DNA of 64,000 nt from Takakia lepidozioides. Its lineage: Eukaryota; Plantae; Bryophyta. Location of the stretch: contig CM060731.1 of NCBI GenBank assembly GCA_030704615.1, forward strand, positions 682,001 to 746,000. The letters run 5' to 3'. The translations under genes and the position numbers were made by a program. Positions 1-12,116 of this stretch are shown piece after piece (position 1 is the stretch's first letter; each line of letters starts with the position of its first letter). The notes beneath the pieces were generated by a model. The model was given only the letters and a program-made list of their open reading frames with translations. It had not been told where the DNA came from and did not search any database.

Positions 1-282
1 ACTTAGCCATAGCAGCTCAAGCTGCCTTTCTCCAAGTGCTCTCCTGTTTGAATATCATCTCTCTAATCCCCAGCACTAATAGGAACGCCTTGCTTATCAC
101 TAGCCCACATAGTTCTCTTCAGCAAGTACACCATGGCACTTAGAATCTCCATCGATTTTGACAACGATTCCACAGCTTCTATTGACAACTCGCAGCATCC
201 CCACTTCAACACATCTGACGCATACATCAGGGCAGAGCCCCAACTTCCACGGCTTGTCGTGCAGCCTTGTGACGAGCAGTAG

Positions 283-3200
283 GTGCTTATAACGATTCCC
301 CAGCAAATCAAGGCACATTCAGAAAACAATCGACCAAACAATGACTACTACGTTTTGTGTGAGGCAGAAACCCTAAACCCTGCAGAATATCCTACGGGCT
401 ATCTAACAGAGGAAGAAGAAGCATTCCAAGAATTTTGTGCAGAAAACGCCCAGAGTCTGAGCCAGGTCGGAGATCGCCCTCCCCTTCTCGAAACGCAGAA
501 TCATCAGGTACTATTCCTAGCGGTCTTCCAGAAAAGTACGGATTATACGACACTACGCACTACTTTCAACTTGAAGATTAGCACATGGGCGAACAGTCTC
601 AACCTCAAGAAGAGTTTCACGGAAGTGCTCAATCTGGCCAAGCGAGCATAATTCAGCCCACACAACACTTGGCTGTGATGTGGAGCTTACAACGTTAGAC
701 AGTTTGTGGTATGATCGTTTTGAGGTTGTGGTGGATGCCTCGATTGACGCCCTATCTAGCATATTAATGCTCAAACTGTGCGAACGAGTGGCCCAACAGT
801 AACTTCACCGCTAGCTACTGTTACAAAGATTGTTGACAAATGTCTTCATATACAGCTGCCACTAGCAGAAATCAAGTGTGCACTGCTCAGAGGTGATTCC
901 CTCTATTGGCGACAACTTGGACTATTGCAAGAACTCTGCTTTGGGGAACAGGACGGTGCTCTTACCCACACTGGTCCACATATCAGGATCAACAAATTAT
1001 GGATTGATGTCTTTATACATGGCCAGGGCACCTTTTTGTTGCGATTCCTACGTTTTGGACAGGCACGACCATCCACACTGGAATACAAACATATCTTCTC
1101 AGGACTATCTACTTCACAAGCCAAAGCATTGGACGGGGAGCTGGTCATACTCCCGGCTGTCAAATTTGAAGATGAGAAAGTTTACAGACTTCAGGCAGGT
1201 AACTTGGCTGGATGGCATGGCTACTGGCGCTATCCTGGTTCGTGAATGGGGTACACACCCCACATTCGTGGATTTTTGGATTAAAGAACCAAGAGTCTGG
1301 CACATGCTTGCTGCATCTGCCTACACTAGCGAAACACACGAGCTCATCAAGGTTACATACCTACAGGAATGGAGATCCCCGAAACTCTTTGCTGGAGATA
1401 ATCACACATGGTCCCTATCTGCCGAATTACGACGACAACGCCAGGAGGCAATATAATCCTACAACTCTGAACTACAGATGGGATCTTTTCCATCTAAAAT
1501 CTGCAGCCTTACATGATGGCTCATTGACTGCCCAACTCGTGACTGGACCTGATCCTGCCTCCAGTCATCTACTGTACTTTACACTTGCTGTTGGGACCCT
1601 GGTGGATGTCACTTGCTTCCAAATTGGCCATTTTGCAATCCTCCAGGTTGGGGATGGTGGACAATCTCTGTGACGAAGACTCTTTGTTGGACTGGCGGTG
1701 ACTTTCAGCTGCCCTTGAGTCTGGAATGCCCTGCGGGAGGTTGGTGTGGAGTAACTTCGGAGGTGCACCTCCTTCCTGCCTGGTTTGGCAACACCAAAGT
1801 GTTGCCTTCCTCTGATCATTTCCCAGAGGTACTCCCACTACCCACCAAACCCCCTTGCATTATTCGCTACATCTTAATGTTGTCCCCCCTTCTCTATAAT
1901 TATATTGTTGCATATTGCCCGTGTAGTCAGCCTGCTTTTGATTTCTTGCAATCAATCCAAGTTCTACTAACCCCAATCGATATAAGCAAACACGATACTA
2001 TCCAACAATGGCACCTCTTAGGCATATATATCCCCTTCAAAAGCCACAAGATGGCCATAATCCAAATTACCCCAGCCCCATTTGCTGAAAACACACCTGA
2101 CGCTATCCTCTCATACAAAAGCGCCCCTTACAAGAGCCACAGAGTGGCCACACTCTTACAACACCCCCATGATTTAACCTTGCCAATCTCACCCATTTTT
2201 CTCAAGTAAACCAAAGCTATATTCCATCTCTAAAACCCTCACATAATTTTAAACACCTCTCTCCATTACTGCCAAGAAGCATCCACCACCTCCTTAAAAC
2301 ATATAGCCAAATTATTGACTCACTCTGGAGCCACAAGGTGGCCACAAACTCATCTAAACTCCCAAGCTTTGTAACAAATGTACAGCCTACACACAACACT
2401 GAAATACCAGCCCATACCCAACGTCCTTCTTTTAAATTTCAACCAGTACACCACTAACATGCTCAGGAACCTGAATCAGTATATCAAAAACCCTCACTAC
2501 CTGCCTTGGATGATAACCCACCAGCCAGCTCCCCCAATCCCTTCACAGCTAAATCGATCTCCTTTACACCATGACCATGCCACAAGTCAAACCAACATAA
2601 TATTGCTACTCCCTGTCGATCACATTAGGAATAATTCAATAACACATGTCCTTAAACAATGGCCTAATGAGCAACATATGTACATTGTGTGCCCACTCAA
2701 ATTCTCAGCGTGGAATATACAACCAACTGAATATAACGGACAGTGTATAGTTGTTTCAGCTACATGCCACACTTGTATGAGCGCCATCTCTACAATAAAT
2801 ACCAATGCTACTAGCCGCTCATTGCTACTAGCATTGGAACTAAATCACCAACCCTACTCCTATATACCTCACCATATACCTAGCGTTAGTATGCACAGGC
2901 ATTTAAACCTCACCTACAGCCACTTTTTTGCCCAATGGCACAAAAATCTAACCCAAGAAAGTACCCTAAAGACTAAAATGACGGCAACCCTCTCCCAAAA
3001 AAATATCTACAAGCGCCATATCCATCCACCTTCTCTGTCTTATCATAAACATCAATGCACATTAATTGATACTTCATTAAAACTAGCCGCCGCCAAAGTC
3101 ATTGTCCCAGCATTCGATACAAGAGCTCCAACTCAGCCAACAAAATCACACATGCCCTACACACGTCACCAAAGGCAACTCATTTGGATAATTTACAACC

Positions 3201-5400
3201 AGTCGCCCCCCCTATATTGCAACTCCAAAAATTACTACATGCCACTCAACACCAGCAACTCGAAAAATCATGCTTGAACCAGTCACTCCAACGCCGAGCT
3301 TTGCAAACGATCAGACAATGTCACAGTCGCACTCCTCGACGTTCAAGAACAACATGGATGCACTCCTATTCGGTGACTCGCTCCCCAAGGATACAGCACA
3401 ATCTCTGTCGGCCAAGCGCACAACCAGCACCGCAGACAGCTCTCACTTAGAACAACCATCTAACAACAAACGAGGTCGCAGCTCTGAGGAACCTCAGCAC
3501 AACCAAATGGAATTCACGTTCCAACTATGGCTTGGATTCGCCACGATGGAGAGCATCGCGAAGGTCTACGATATTCCAATCATACAAGAATATAGATCAC
3601 CTACAGAATTGCTTCAACTTGGACTATCACCCGAGGAGTGTGCATAACTACTTGAATGCCCCAAGGTGTTTCCACGGATTCCTCGGATATTATATCCTAC
3701 CCAGCGCCCGAACAACAAAGCAAGTCAATTCCTACATCTAACACAGATACCTAAGGGAACCGAGATACACACCTCCACTGGGCTATCGGTGGGATACCAG
3801 ATCTTGATCCGTTTCAAAGATAAGGAGCTGCAATGAAATGCTCGGAAATTACGAAACTGACGCAGGCTTGCCTTGCACACATGAATATCCCTCTTGGCGC
3901 TGAAGCGCTCTGCCCCATCTCAGTATTTGGACACAAGAAAGATCCCACGGTATGGTCAGGATTGATCAAAATCTGTTTAAAGCACCTTGAGAAGGATGGC
4001 TTCGACCTCTTGCTTGGAAATCGCGCGTTTGTACTCAAAATGTCTTGGGGCAATTACATCCAAGGATAGGTAGGAAAAAGTTTCGAAACAGAAAGCAGTG
4101 GAGACCACCTTTCGCTTCATGTCAAAGGCTCCACCACCATGATAGGCATCCAGGGAACTCAAGTTACTGCCAATGTCATATACGAAGCCTACAATGCGGG
4201 ACTAGATCTCGAAATTTTATATGTTGGCAAGCCTGGCATTGAATCTGGCTTTGGGTTCCTATACACTACAAACAGAGGAAACCAGGGCACTCGCCCTTGT
4301 CGTGCGCATACATATCGCTCCACAACTACATCGCTGTCCAAAACCACACAACACATGTGCACACCACACACTAGTATACCACTAGTCCACCACTAGTCCA
4401 ACCACTAGGCTACAACTAGTCAGTCACTAGGCTGCCACTATGCTGCCCACTATGGCAGTCACTAGTCCACACAATGATAAAGAAGAAGAATACAAGCACG
4501 AGCTCACAAAGCTGAAGCATAAACTCATGCATATATAACCTCATCACTCAAATACAAGTCAAGCCAAGTGCACCCCATGCCATGGGGAATCCACACTACG
4601 GCACCATAGCTAGGCGCGGTGAGGCTCAACTCGAGAAAGATGAGCCTCCCGCGCTTGCCGTGAAGATAACCACTCCAAGGCCTAAATCTGCCTTGACCCC
4701 TGGATTGACACTTAGGCCAATCCCAAATGTCAATATGTAAAAGCTAGCTATTTCCCAGCTAGTTTCACACTAGTGGTAAAATAACTTGAGAGTTGTCGTG
4801 CGCATACATATCGCTACACAACTACATCGATGTCCAAAACCACACAACACATGTGCACACCACACACTAGTATACCACTAGTCCACCACTAGTCCAACCA
4901 CTAGGCTACAACTAGTTAGTCACTAGGCTACCATTATGCTGCCCACTATGGCAGTCACTAGTCCACACAATCGCCCCCCTAGCTGGTGCTTAGGTCCCTC
5001 TAAGTCCAGGTAGGATGGGAGTGCCGCCATTCATCAATGATCGAGGGGGAAGGGCTCCTAGGGAATCTCCAAAGAGGCAAGCAGTACATCAGCCATCATT
5101 GCCCTTGTTCCCTTGTGCAGTAGGAAACCAAACAGAAGAGCAAGAGTGCCTTCACTCACCTCAAAAGAACCGTCGTCTCCTTAATGAATCCATAGAGGCG
5201 GCATTCATAGAGTCTTTAAACAACCCAAGGAACGGCAACTCAACGTAACTGCAGCTCGAGCACCTTCTCCTCCTCCATGCCGCCATTGCGCGATCCTTCA
5301 ACGCAAGAGGCAAATATAGGGTTGCGCAGGGACCTTACCTTGCCTTGCCACAACAGTTATCCACTGTCCGGATGAATTTCATCCAGCGTAGCCTTGAACC
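283..5400 (+). pseudogene. Long decayed coding region of unknown identity (possibly retroelement ORF1-like), interrupted by a TRIM-like insertion
   Basis: Chain of plus-strand ORFs (283-651, 778-1456, 3270-3647, 3833-4069, 4139-4296, 5015-5248), several continuing in frame across single stops. No confidently recognised domain. Confidence 0.3.
4297..4970. mobile_element. TRIM-like non-autonomous element: two 178-bp direct repeats (4297-4474, 4793-4970) around a ~320-bp core
   Basis: Near-identical direct repeats bounded by TTGT...ACAA. Flanked by a 6-bp duplication TCGCCC (4291-4296, 4971-4976). No clear PBS. Confidence 0.75.
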
Positions 5401-5747
5401 CGGCGGACAGATTCCAATTTCCATCAAGGTAGGAAATTACACTAAGGTTCAACACATCATAGCTATGGTATAGGCTGGATGCAATCAAGGTAGGCTATAC
5501 TGAAAAATCGTAGGCAATAAATGAAAAATCAGATACGTGCAAAGGTAAAACGGATGAAACCGGGATGAAATTCATCCGGTTTTCCCTACAACCCAGATTT
5601 TAGGCACCCAAAATATGGAAGTCGGGATAACAATTCCATAGACCCAGGTAACAGAGGGAGAGAGAGGGAGAGATCAGGAAACAAAAAGAAAAAGAGGAAG
5701 GTGGGGGGGGGGGGGGGGGGGGGGGGGTGTGACTGAGTAGCAACTGC

Positions 5748-8700
5748 TCAGTCACTCCCCCCCCCCACACCTTTTTGTTTTTTCTTTGTTGCCCCCTCTC
5801 TCCCTCTGTCTCCCTCTGTCTCCCTCTCTCCCTCTCCCTCTGTACAATGAATTTGCTTGTACTTTTTCCAAAACCCAGGCCGGCTTGGACTAATGTTGTC
5901 TAAACCTTTTTTAATCCACAATGGATGTAATCACGAAAATGGAGGAATTCCATTATAGCAATTTCTCTGATTACTGGGTTCTTTGGATGAGTTTGGTCAT
6001 GAAAACTAAACCCTAATGAAAGCCAGATTCTACTTTTGGATGCCATCACTACTGGATGACATCATGATGGAATTAGGGAAATACTTTACATTATCTATTT
6101 TTCATCTATTTTGGATGAAATCGCGAAGGTTTACCCTATCTCTTCCTCCGCCCTTAAACTCTGCACGATACTCGTGCGTTTTGATTCTGATGGAGCTGAG
6201 AGATGGTGTCAGAGGGATCATTTAAGCACAAATCTTGTGAATCTGATGGCTATGGAGAAGCTTTATGACAGCCTGCAAGTGCTCTGGCAAGATTCCAGTA
6301 CTTTTCAAAGCCCCTTGGGGTATACAAAGGCGGCTGAGCTTCAATTCCCTCAATGAGGTTGTCTCTTCCCTTGGCGGGCAACTTACTTTAAGTTGTGACT
6401 GCTTGCCGTTCCGTTCAATGGTCATTAAGATCCAGCGCCGCTCTTAAACCATCAGGAAGTCCCTTCACCTGATAAAATGCTCGTAGATTTCAACAAACCA
6501 TTGTTTGTTTGGGCTGTCGATTATCGAGTTCTTGGAGCTATGTCGAATCCTCTTCCACAAACACTTAAGGTTGTGGAATATCTTTGCTTTGCTTTTGATC
6601 TCTTCTTGCTTTCTGAACGCATGTTGTACAGCGATAACAAGCGTGAGGCCTGATATTCACCTGGGGTTCCACATCTTCACTAACTTCATTGTTTTTTGAC
6701 TGCATGTGATGGGATCAGGTGAGGGCCCTCACTTAATATGATTCATGAAGCTTGAAATTGATTGAAAACTAGCAAGATGAAGTGAAGTCGACTCAAGCTG
6801 TTTCTTCAGGGAGCTGATTCGAATCTGCCCCCATTTCTTGATCTTTCTGGCTATGCTTCCAACTCTTCCTGTTGAGCATTAATACATTAGATGAGCTTTA
6901 TTAGAACACATACTTTCTATTAAAGACTCTTGCCTTTGATTTCTGCTACACTACGTGGTGATGCTGGATTTGCTGTCTTACAGCACAGCATGAGCTTTTT
7001 AATTCGGTCTATGGGACTGGTATGATGTTGTGGCTTGAATGATATCAAGCAGCTAAGTAAGAGGACATAAGGAACCACAATCCTTTGTTTTTAGGCCATG
7101 TATGCTGCCTGATGCAGACCATATGGGTTCCTGTCCTTCTCTACTTGTTTGTGACTTTGCAAGTACCTTGCTCGAGTAGATACAGATTGCCCCAAGACCT
7201 AAAACGGGCTCTGGATAGACTGGCTTTACTACTAAGGCATATACCATGACATGTTTTTCTGGATTTCTTTATAGTCTGTGACTATCAGTAATCACTTACT
7301 GCTCAAAACCTTTTGAATCCATTTATACACTGGCCCCAGATTGAAACTAGGTCTTGGGACAAAAAACAAGATGTGTGGACTTTCCCTTCATGTGTAAATA
7401 GTTTAGAAGCTGTTTACTGCTCTAATCTGACCATTATGGCTATATGAAAACTGGAACTTCTTCTCCAGTTTATTAATGGGAACATGGGTGGTAATTATAT
7501 GATCCCACCCCCCTCCCAGAGATTTCATGAACTGTGAGATCTGTTATATGTCATCAGACTGGTTTATGAATGAAGAGTGATTGATAGTGCCTCGTTATGA
7601 GGCTGATTTGTCATACAAATTGACAAAGACCTTGTTTGGTCTTGTCCATGTCTCGACAAGACATTTTATCTTCCCTCTCTCTTTTTAACTTTTTCTGCAG
7701 AGGGGTCAACTCTGAGGTTAAGAAAACCATGCTTTGTCGCATTATTAGACCTGCCTTAGAGTACGGATCTGCATATGGGTTGATAAATCTGACTTAGAGG
7801 CTGTAGTGTCCAAAGCCATGTCTGTTGCCATGAGATTGTCTGATGAAAATGAAGTTAGGCAGAAAACTTCCCTGAACTTGTTTCCAGTCACTGACATGGG
7901 GAGGACATCTTGGATGACCTCAAGGGTCTACCCACTCTCGGCACTAGACTGAAATTTAAACTCAGGGCAGGAAGCCTACCTTTGAACAACAAACAGAAGC
8001 AGAGATGAAAGGGAGAGTGCAATTGCCCGTTGTGTGGGCAATCTGAAGACAGTACTCATTTTCTGATACACTGTCCGGGGTTCTTTCACCAAAGAGACAC
8101 TCTCTTCAAATCTATCAAGGGAATTGTGCCTGTACCTCTATTTACCAACTTTGAAAGTCTCAAGGCTGAGCCAAAAGCCCAGGCCCTCCGGAGGCCTAGT
8201 TATTAGGCAAATCACACACAACAGTTTGATGCTTGTGTGAAGGGATTTCTAGAGGATATTTGGAAAACCCAGATTAATTCTATATATGAAGGTAAGTCTT
8301 ACTACCAACGTCAGCCCCTGACAGAGGCAGGTTCTATCCCTTTTGTTTCCGCTCAAACTGGGCGCGGGGTCAATGGCCACAAGGCTACGGCAAACAACGT
8401 CTTATGAGTACTTGCACCCTCTCTCCCTTGTGGTTTGTTTACTTTTGTGAACAGCAAAAAAAAGAGGGAAGATACTATGTCTTGTCGGGACATGGACAGG
8501 ACCAAACATGGTCAATGTCAATTTTTACGACAAATCAACCTCATGAAGAGGCATTATCAGTCAAACTCCACTTCTAATCAGATCTTATGATGACCTCCAT
8601 TACATTTCAAAGACAAAGAATCTACCTGGTAGATTTCAATGACAAGAAAATACGGGTGGGAGGGTGGGATTACTTAGAAGATCCCCTCCTTATAATAATC

Positions 8701-10756
8701 CGGCTTTATATTCTAAGGAACAGTATGCTAAACAAGTGTTCAGCCTGTTTTTATGCCTGTTTTAGAATTATAAGCTATGGGTGGCATTTAAGCAAACAAT
8801 TAAATGTTTACCTGTATCATGCAATAGTACTGCTCATCTGGAACCCAAAAGTTCCAGCTATTTTCCATTAATCACACAACCGGGATATTAAATCATCTGG
8901 TTACTTGACAAGATAACCAGTTTTTTAATAACAAAAACCCAGAGCTTATCTGCTACATTTTTAGAACTTCTTGTAATCATGACACAGAGTCAAAACTCAT
9001 TGCATTGTTTAGTAAGCTTGATTTCCCAGAACTGCTTTCTACTGCAATGTTCTGTATCAGAATATGCCATAGCTAGCAAAAAACATAGCTATCTTTTTTG
9101 TAACATAAAATCCAGAGCCATGCTGTAGGTTAATCAGTCTTTGATTACCAAGCAACAGCAGGGGCTTCTCTTTAAAACAACCAGACCTGGTTTATGTTTG
9201 GGGTCATTATGTTACAACCTTGACAAGGTGTTTGCACAAACACAACTGTATACAATCTGTAATTACAGAGTGACATGAAGAGGTAGCAGTTTACTTACCT
9301 TAGCAGATTGTATGCAAGGTAAGAAGGAAAGGGGGTTCAGACATCCACAGAGGTTCCATATATTGAGCATATAAAGGCATACAGGGCTCAGTATAAACCA
9401 TATGCAAGCTCTGGCCTCTCCCCTACCGTGTTGCTTGAAAGTGTACATATCAGAGTAGCAAATCGTGCTCTAAGCATGAAAAAAGAGCATATATTTGGTC
9501 TGGAAACCCTACTTCCAGTACCATATTTCAATGCAGCGGAAATCATAACCCAGAGTCCTTAATAGAATTCATGTGTTCTAAAAAGGCTCGCTAATGCACT
9601 TGCTGCTTCAACACATAGATAAAAGTTGTAAGCATATCCAGATTGGTCATGTAGTGAGGCAAAAATGAGACATCTCCCTGGATAATCAGCTGATGTCGAT
9701 GTCACTTCACTTGCAGGTTTGTCATCAGATTCAAGCTTCAAAAATCACATTAAGTGAGGACCCTCACCTGGTCCCATCACAAGCCCCCACAAGAACCAAC
9801 AGGTTAGTGAGAATTGTGGAACCCCAGGTGAATCGGGTCTCACGCTTGTTATCGCTGTACAACATGAGTTCTAAAGCAAGAATCAGTTCTAAACACAAGC
9901 AAGGTTATCCACAACCTTAATCGATTGCGGAAGAGGACTCGACATCGCTCCAAGCACTTGACAATCAACAGCACAAACAAGCAATGGTTTGCTTGAAATC
10001 TATGCGCATTTTAACAGGTGAAGAAACCCCCTGAGTTTTATGAGCAGTGCTGAAACTTAATGATCCAGAGAGGATCTACAAGCAGTCGGGCAGCCTAAGG
10101 TAGATTGCCCGCCAAGGGAATAGGTCACCATACTGAGGGAATTGAAGCACCTCCCCTGTTACGCCTCCCAAGGGAGATGAGAAAGGACTGGAATCTTGCC
10201 AGAGTACTTGTAAACAGCATTGAAGCGTCTCCATAGCCATCAAAATCATAAAATTCGTGCTAAGAGATCCCTCTGACACCATCACTTCATCTCCCATAGA
10301 GAAAACGCACAGTATCGTGCAAGTTTTATGGCAGGAGAGGAAATATGGCAAACCATTGCGATTTCATCCATGTGGGATGAAAAATAAGAAATGAAAGGTG
10401 AATATTCCCTTGTTGTCATTGCCATGTCATCCAGCAGGGATGACATCCTAAAATCGATGACCAGAACCTGGCATTCATTAGGGTTAGATATAAATGACCT
10501 TAATAATCCAAAGGAACCAGGTAAAAAATGATAACCATAATTAACATTTAATGGAATTCATCCATTATTAACTATATCCGGTATGGATGAAGATAGCATA
10601 AAGTTAATTATAGTTTAGTCAAAAATTACCTTAGTACCTAACCCTCTGGGTTATGGAATAGGTTACCAACAGGATCCATGTACAGAGGGAGAGAGAGAGA
10701 GGGAGAGATCAGGAAACCAAAAAAAATAAAAATGGGGGGGGGGGGGGGGACTGAGC
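5748..10756. repeat. Large diverged inverted repeat (arms ~5750-7690 and ~8455-10756) around a LINE fragment
   Basis: Reverse-complement similarity in several blocks (6000-6960 vs 9530-10500; 7490-7690 vs 8455-8690). ORFs 6111-6356(+) and 10076-10351(-) share LMAME..LQVLWQDSS.F.SPLG....LQFPQ. Outer ends carry (GA)-rich, poly-G and GACTGAG motifs. Confidence 0.75.
7700..8412 (+). mobile_element. 5'-truncated non-LTR retrotransposon (RTE-X-like LINE) 3' fragment
   Basis: Translates to KKTMLCRIIRPALEYGS (post-RT motif), KFKLRAGSLPL and CPLCGQSEDSTHFLIHCP (C-terminal CCHC). Ends ...GGCCACAAGGCTACGGCAAACAACGTCTTATGAGTAC, a tail repeated at 56.5-57.0 kb and 62.2 kb. Confidence 0.75.
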
Positions 10757-10789
10757 CCGTGGTGCTCAGCAGCTGGTGGCGGTGCTCAG

Positions 10790-11824
10790 TCACTCCCACC
10801 CCCATAGCGACCCCTTCCTCCGCAGCAAAGGCTGCACTTGCCAAGGCCCAACGTCAGGTTCAAGGGCCTTTGAAAGCCTCCATTGCCAGCCCATTGTTGT
10901 CGATGAGGGAGGAGGAGACGAGGAGGGCCAATGAAGTGGCCAAGATAGCGAAGCGCCTCGAAGAAGTCAAGCCGGGTGAGGGCTTCTACCCTGATACGCA
11001 TTTGGGGGGGGGAGAGGAGGAGGTATGGGCCGGTTCGGAGTAGCCTAGCCGATCAGCGACACCGCCCCCTGAGCCTGAGCGGTCAGCAAAGAAGGGCCTG
11101 GACTACGGGGCGCCGCCGCCGGCTATGCTCCACATCTGGAATCTACTTCCAGTGGCGCTCCGGAAGCGGATAGAGCGGGCACATCCGGAAACGGGTACTC
11201 CTCCCACATCGGGTGACACCAGGGGTGAGTCGGACAAGCTTGCAAAGGTACAACTGTCGCACCTTGTTCCATGATTTATCCTTTCCTTTGCATGCATGAT
11301 TTTCTTTGTTGTTTGCTTCTTTTTTTGAATTTGGAGGGGTTATTCAGGAGGCAGCAACATGGCTGGCCTCATTGGTGCAGTCCAGTGGGGTTGCCAATGA
11401 GGGAGAGCACGCGGTGTTCATGAAGGACCCGAACACCAAAGATAAGAAGAAGAGGCCTCGATCTCCCGAGATCCCTTTTACCATCAATGAAGGGGCTGCC
11501 GAGGAGAGAGAGGGAAGGGAGAGGGAGAAGGAGAGAGAGGAAGTAGCGGGGAAGGGGAAGGAAAAGAAGAAGAAGAAAAAGAAGTCCCATGGAGAGGAAG
11601 GGGTGAGTGTGCATGCGGGGGAGGGCAGTGGGGTAACAAAGGAGCAAGGGAAGGAGGCTACAAAGAAGGGAGAGGGTGGGATGGCCTTGGCGATACAGGA
11701 CATGGAGTTGGCAAATATCATGGTGCCACCGGTGGAGGTGAATCGCCATGCTGACCCCTGCGGTGCGTTCTGGGAGGCTATGAAGAAGCCAGCAGAGAGG
11801 AAAGGGAGACTGCAATTTCCCTGA
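10790..11824 (+). pseudogene. Lys/Glu-rich spliced ORF remnant of unknown function, probably TE-derived
   Basis: ORF 10678-11043 continues past a TAG to a GT donor near 11248, then joins ORF 11306-11824 at an AG near 11348. Low-complexity sequence. Confidence 0.3.
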
Positions 11825-11928
11825 CGTACCTCTGCTGCTGCTGGTGCTTGAAGCGAGCTGGCGCGGCGAGCTGCTGCGGTGCGGTCGCGGGTCCCCGCCG
11901 CTGTAGGGCGTCTCTCCCCGCTCACCAC

Positions 11929-11971
<43 letters not shown>

Positions 11972-12116
11972 GCTCGTTAGGTCGCGCCTCTGCGCGGCGT
12001 TCCTTTTAAAGGGAAAAATAAATAAACCCCATTGATGCCATAAGGCATATAACACATCCATTGGATGAGGGACAAGCCCAAACCGAAGCTAGAAAGTCCA
12101 GCATTATGGTAAAAAC

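Noticed and set aside
11344-12061. Long minus-strand ORFs (194 and 230 aa)
   Set aside because: Antisense shadows of a purine-rich plus-strand ORF and a (CT)n microsatellite.
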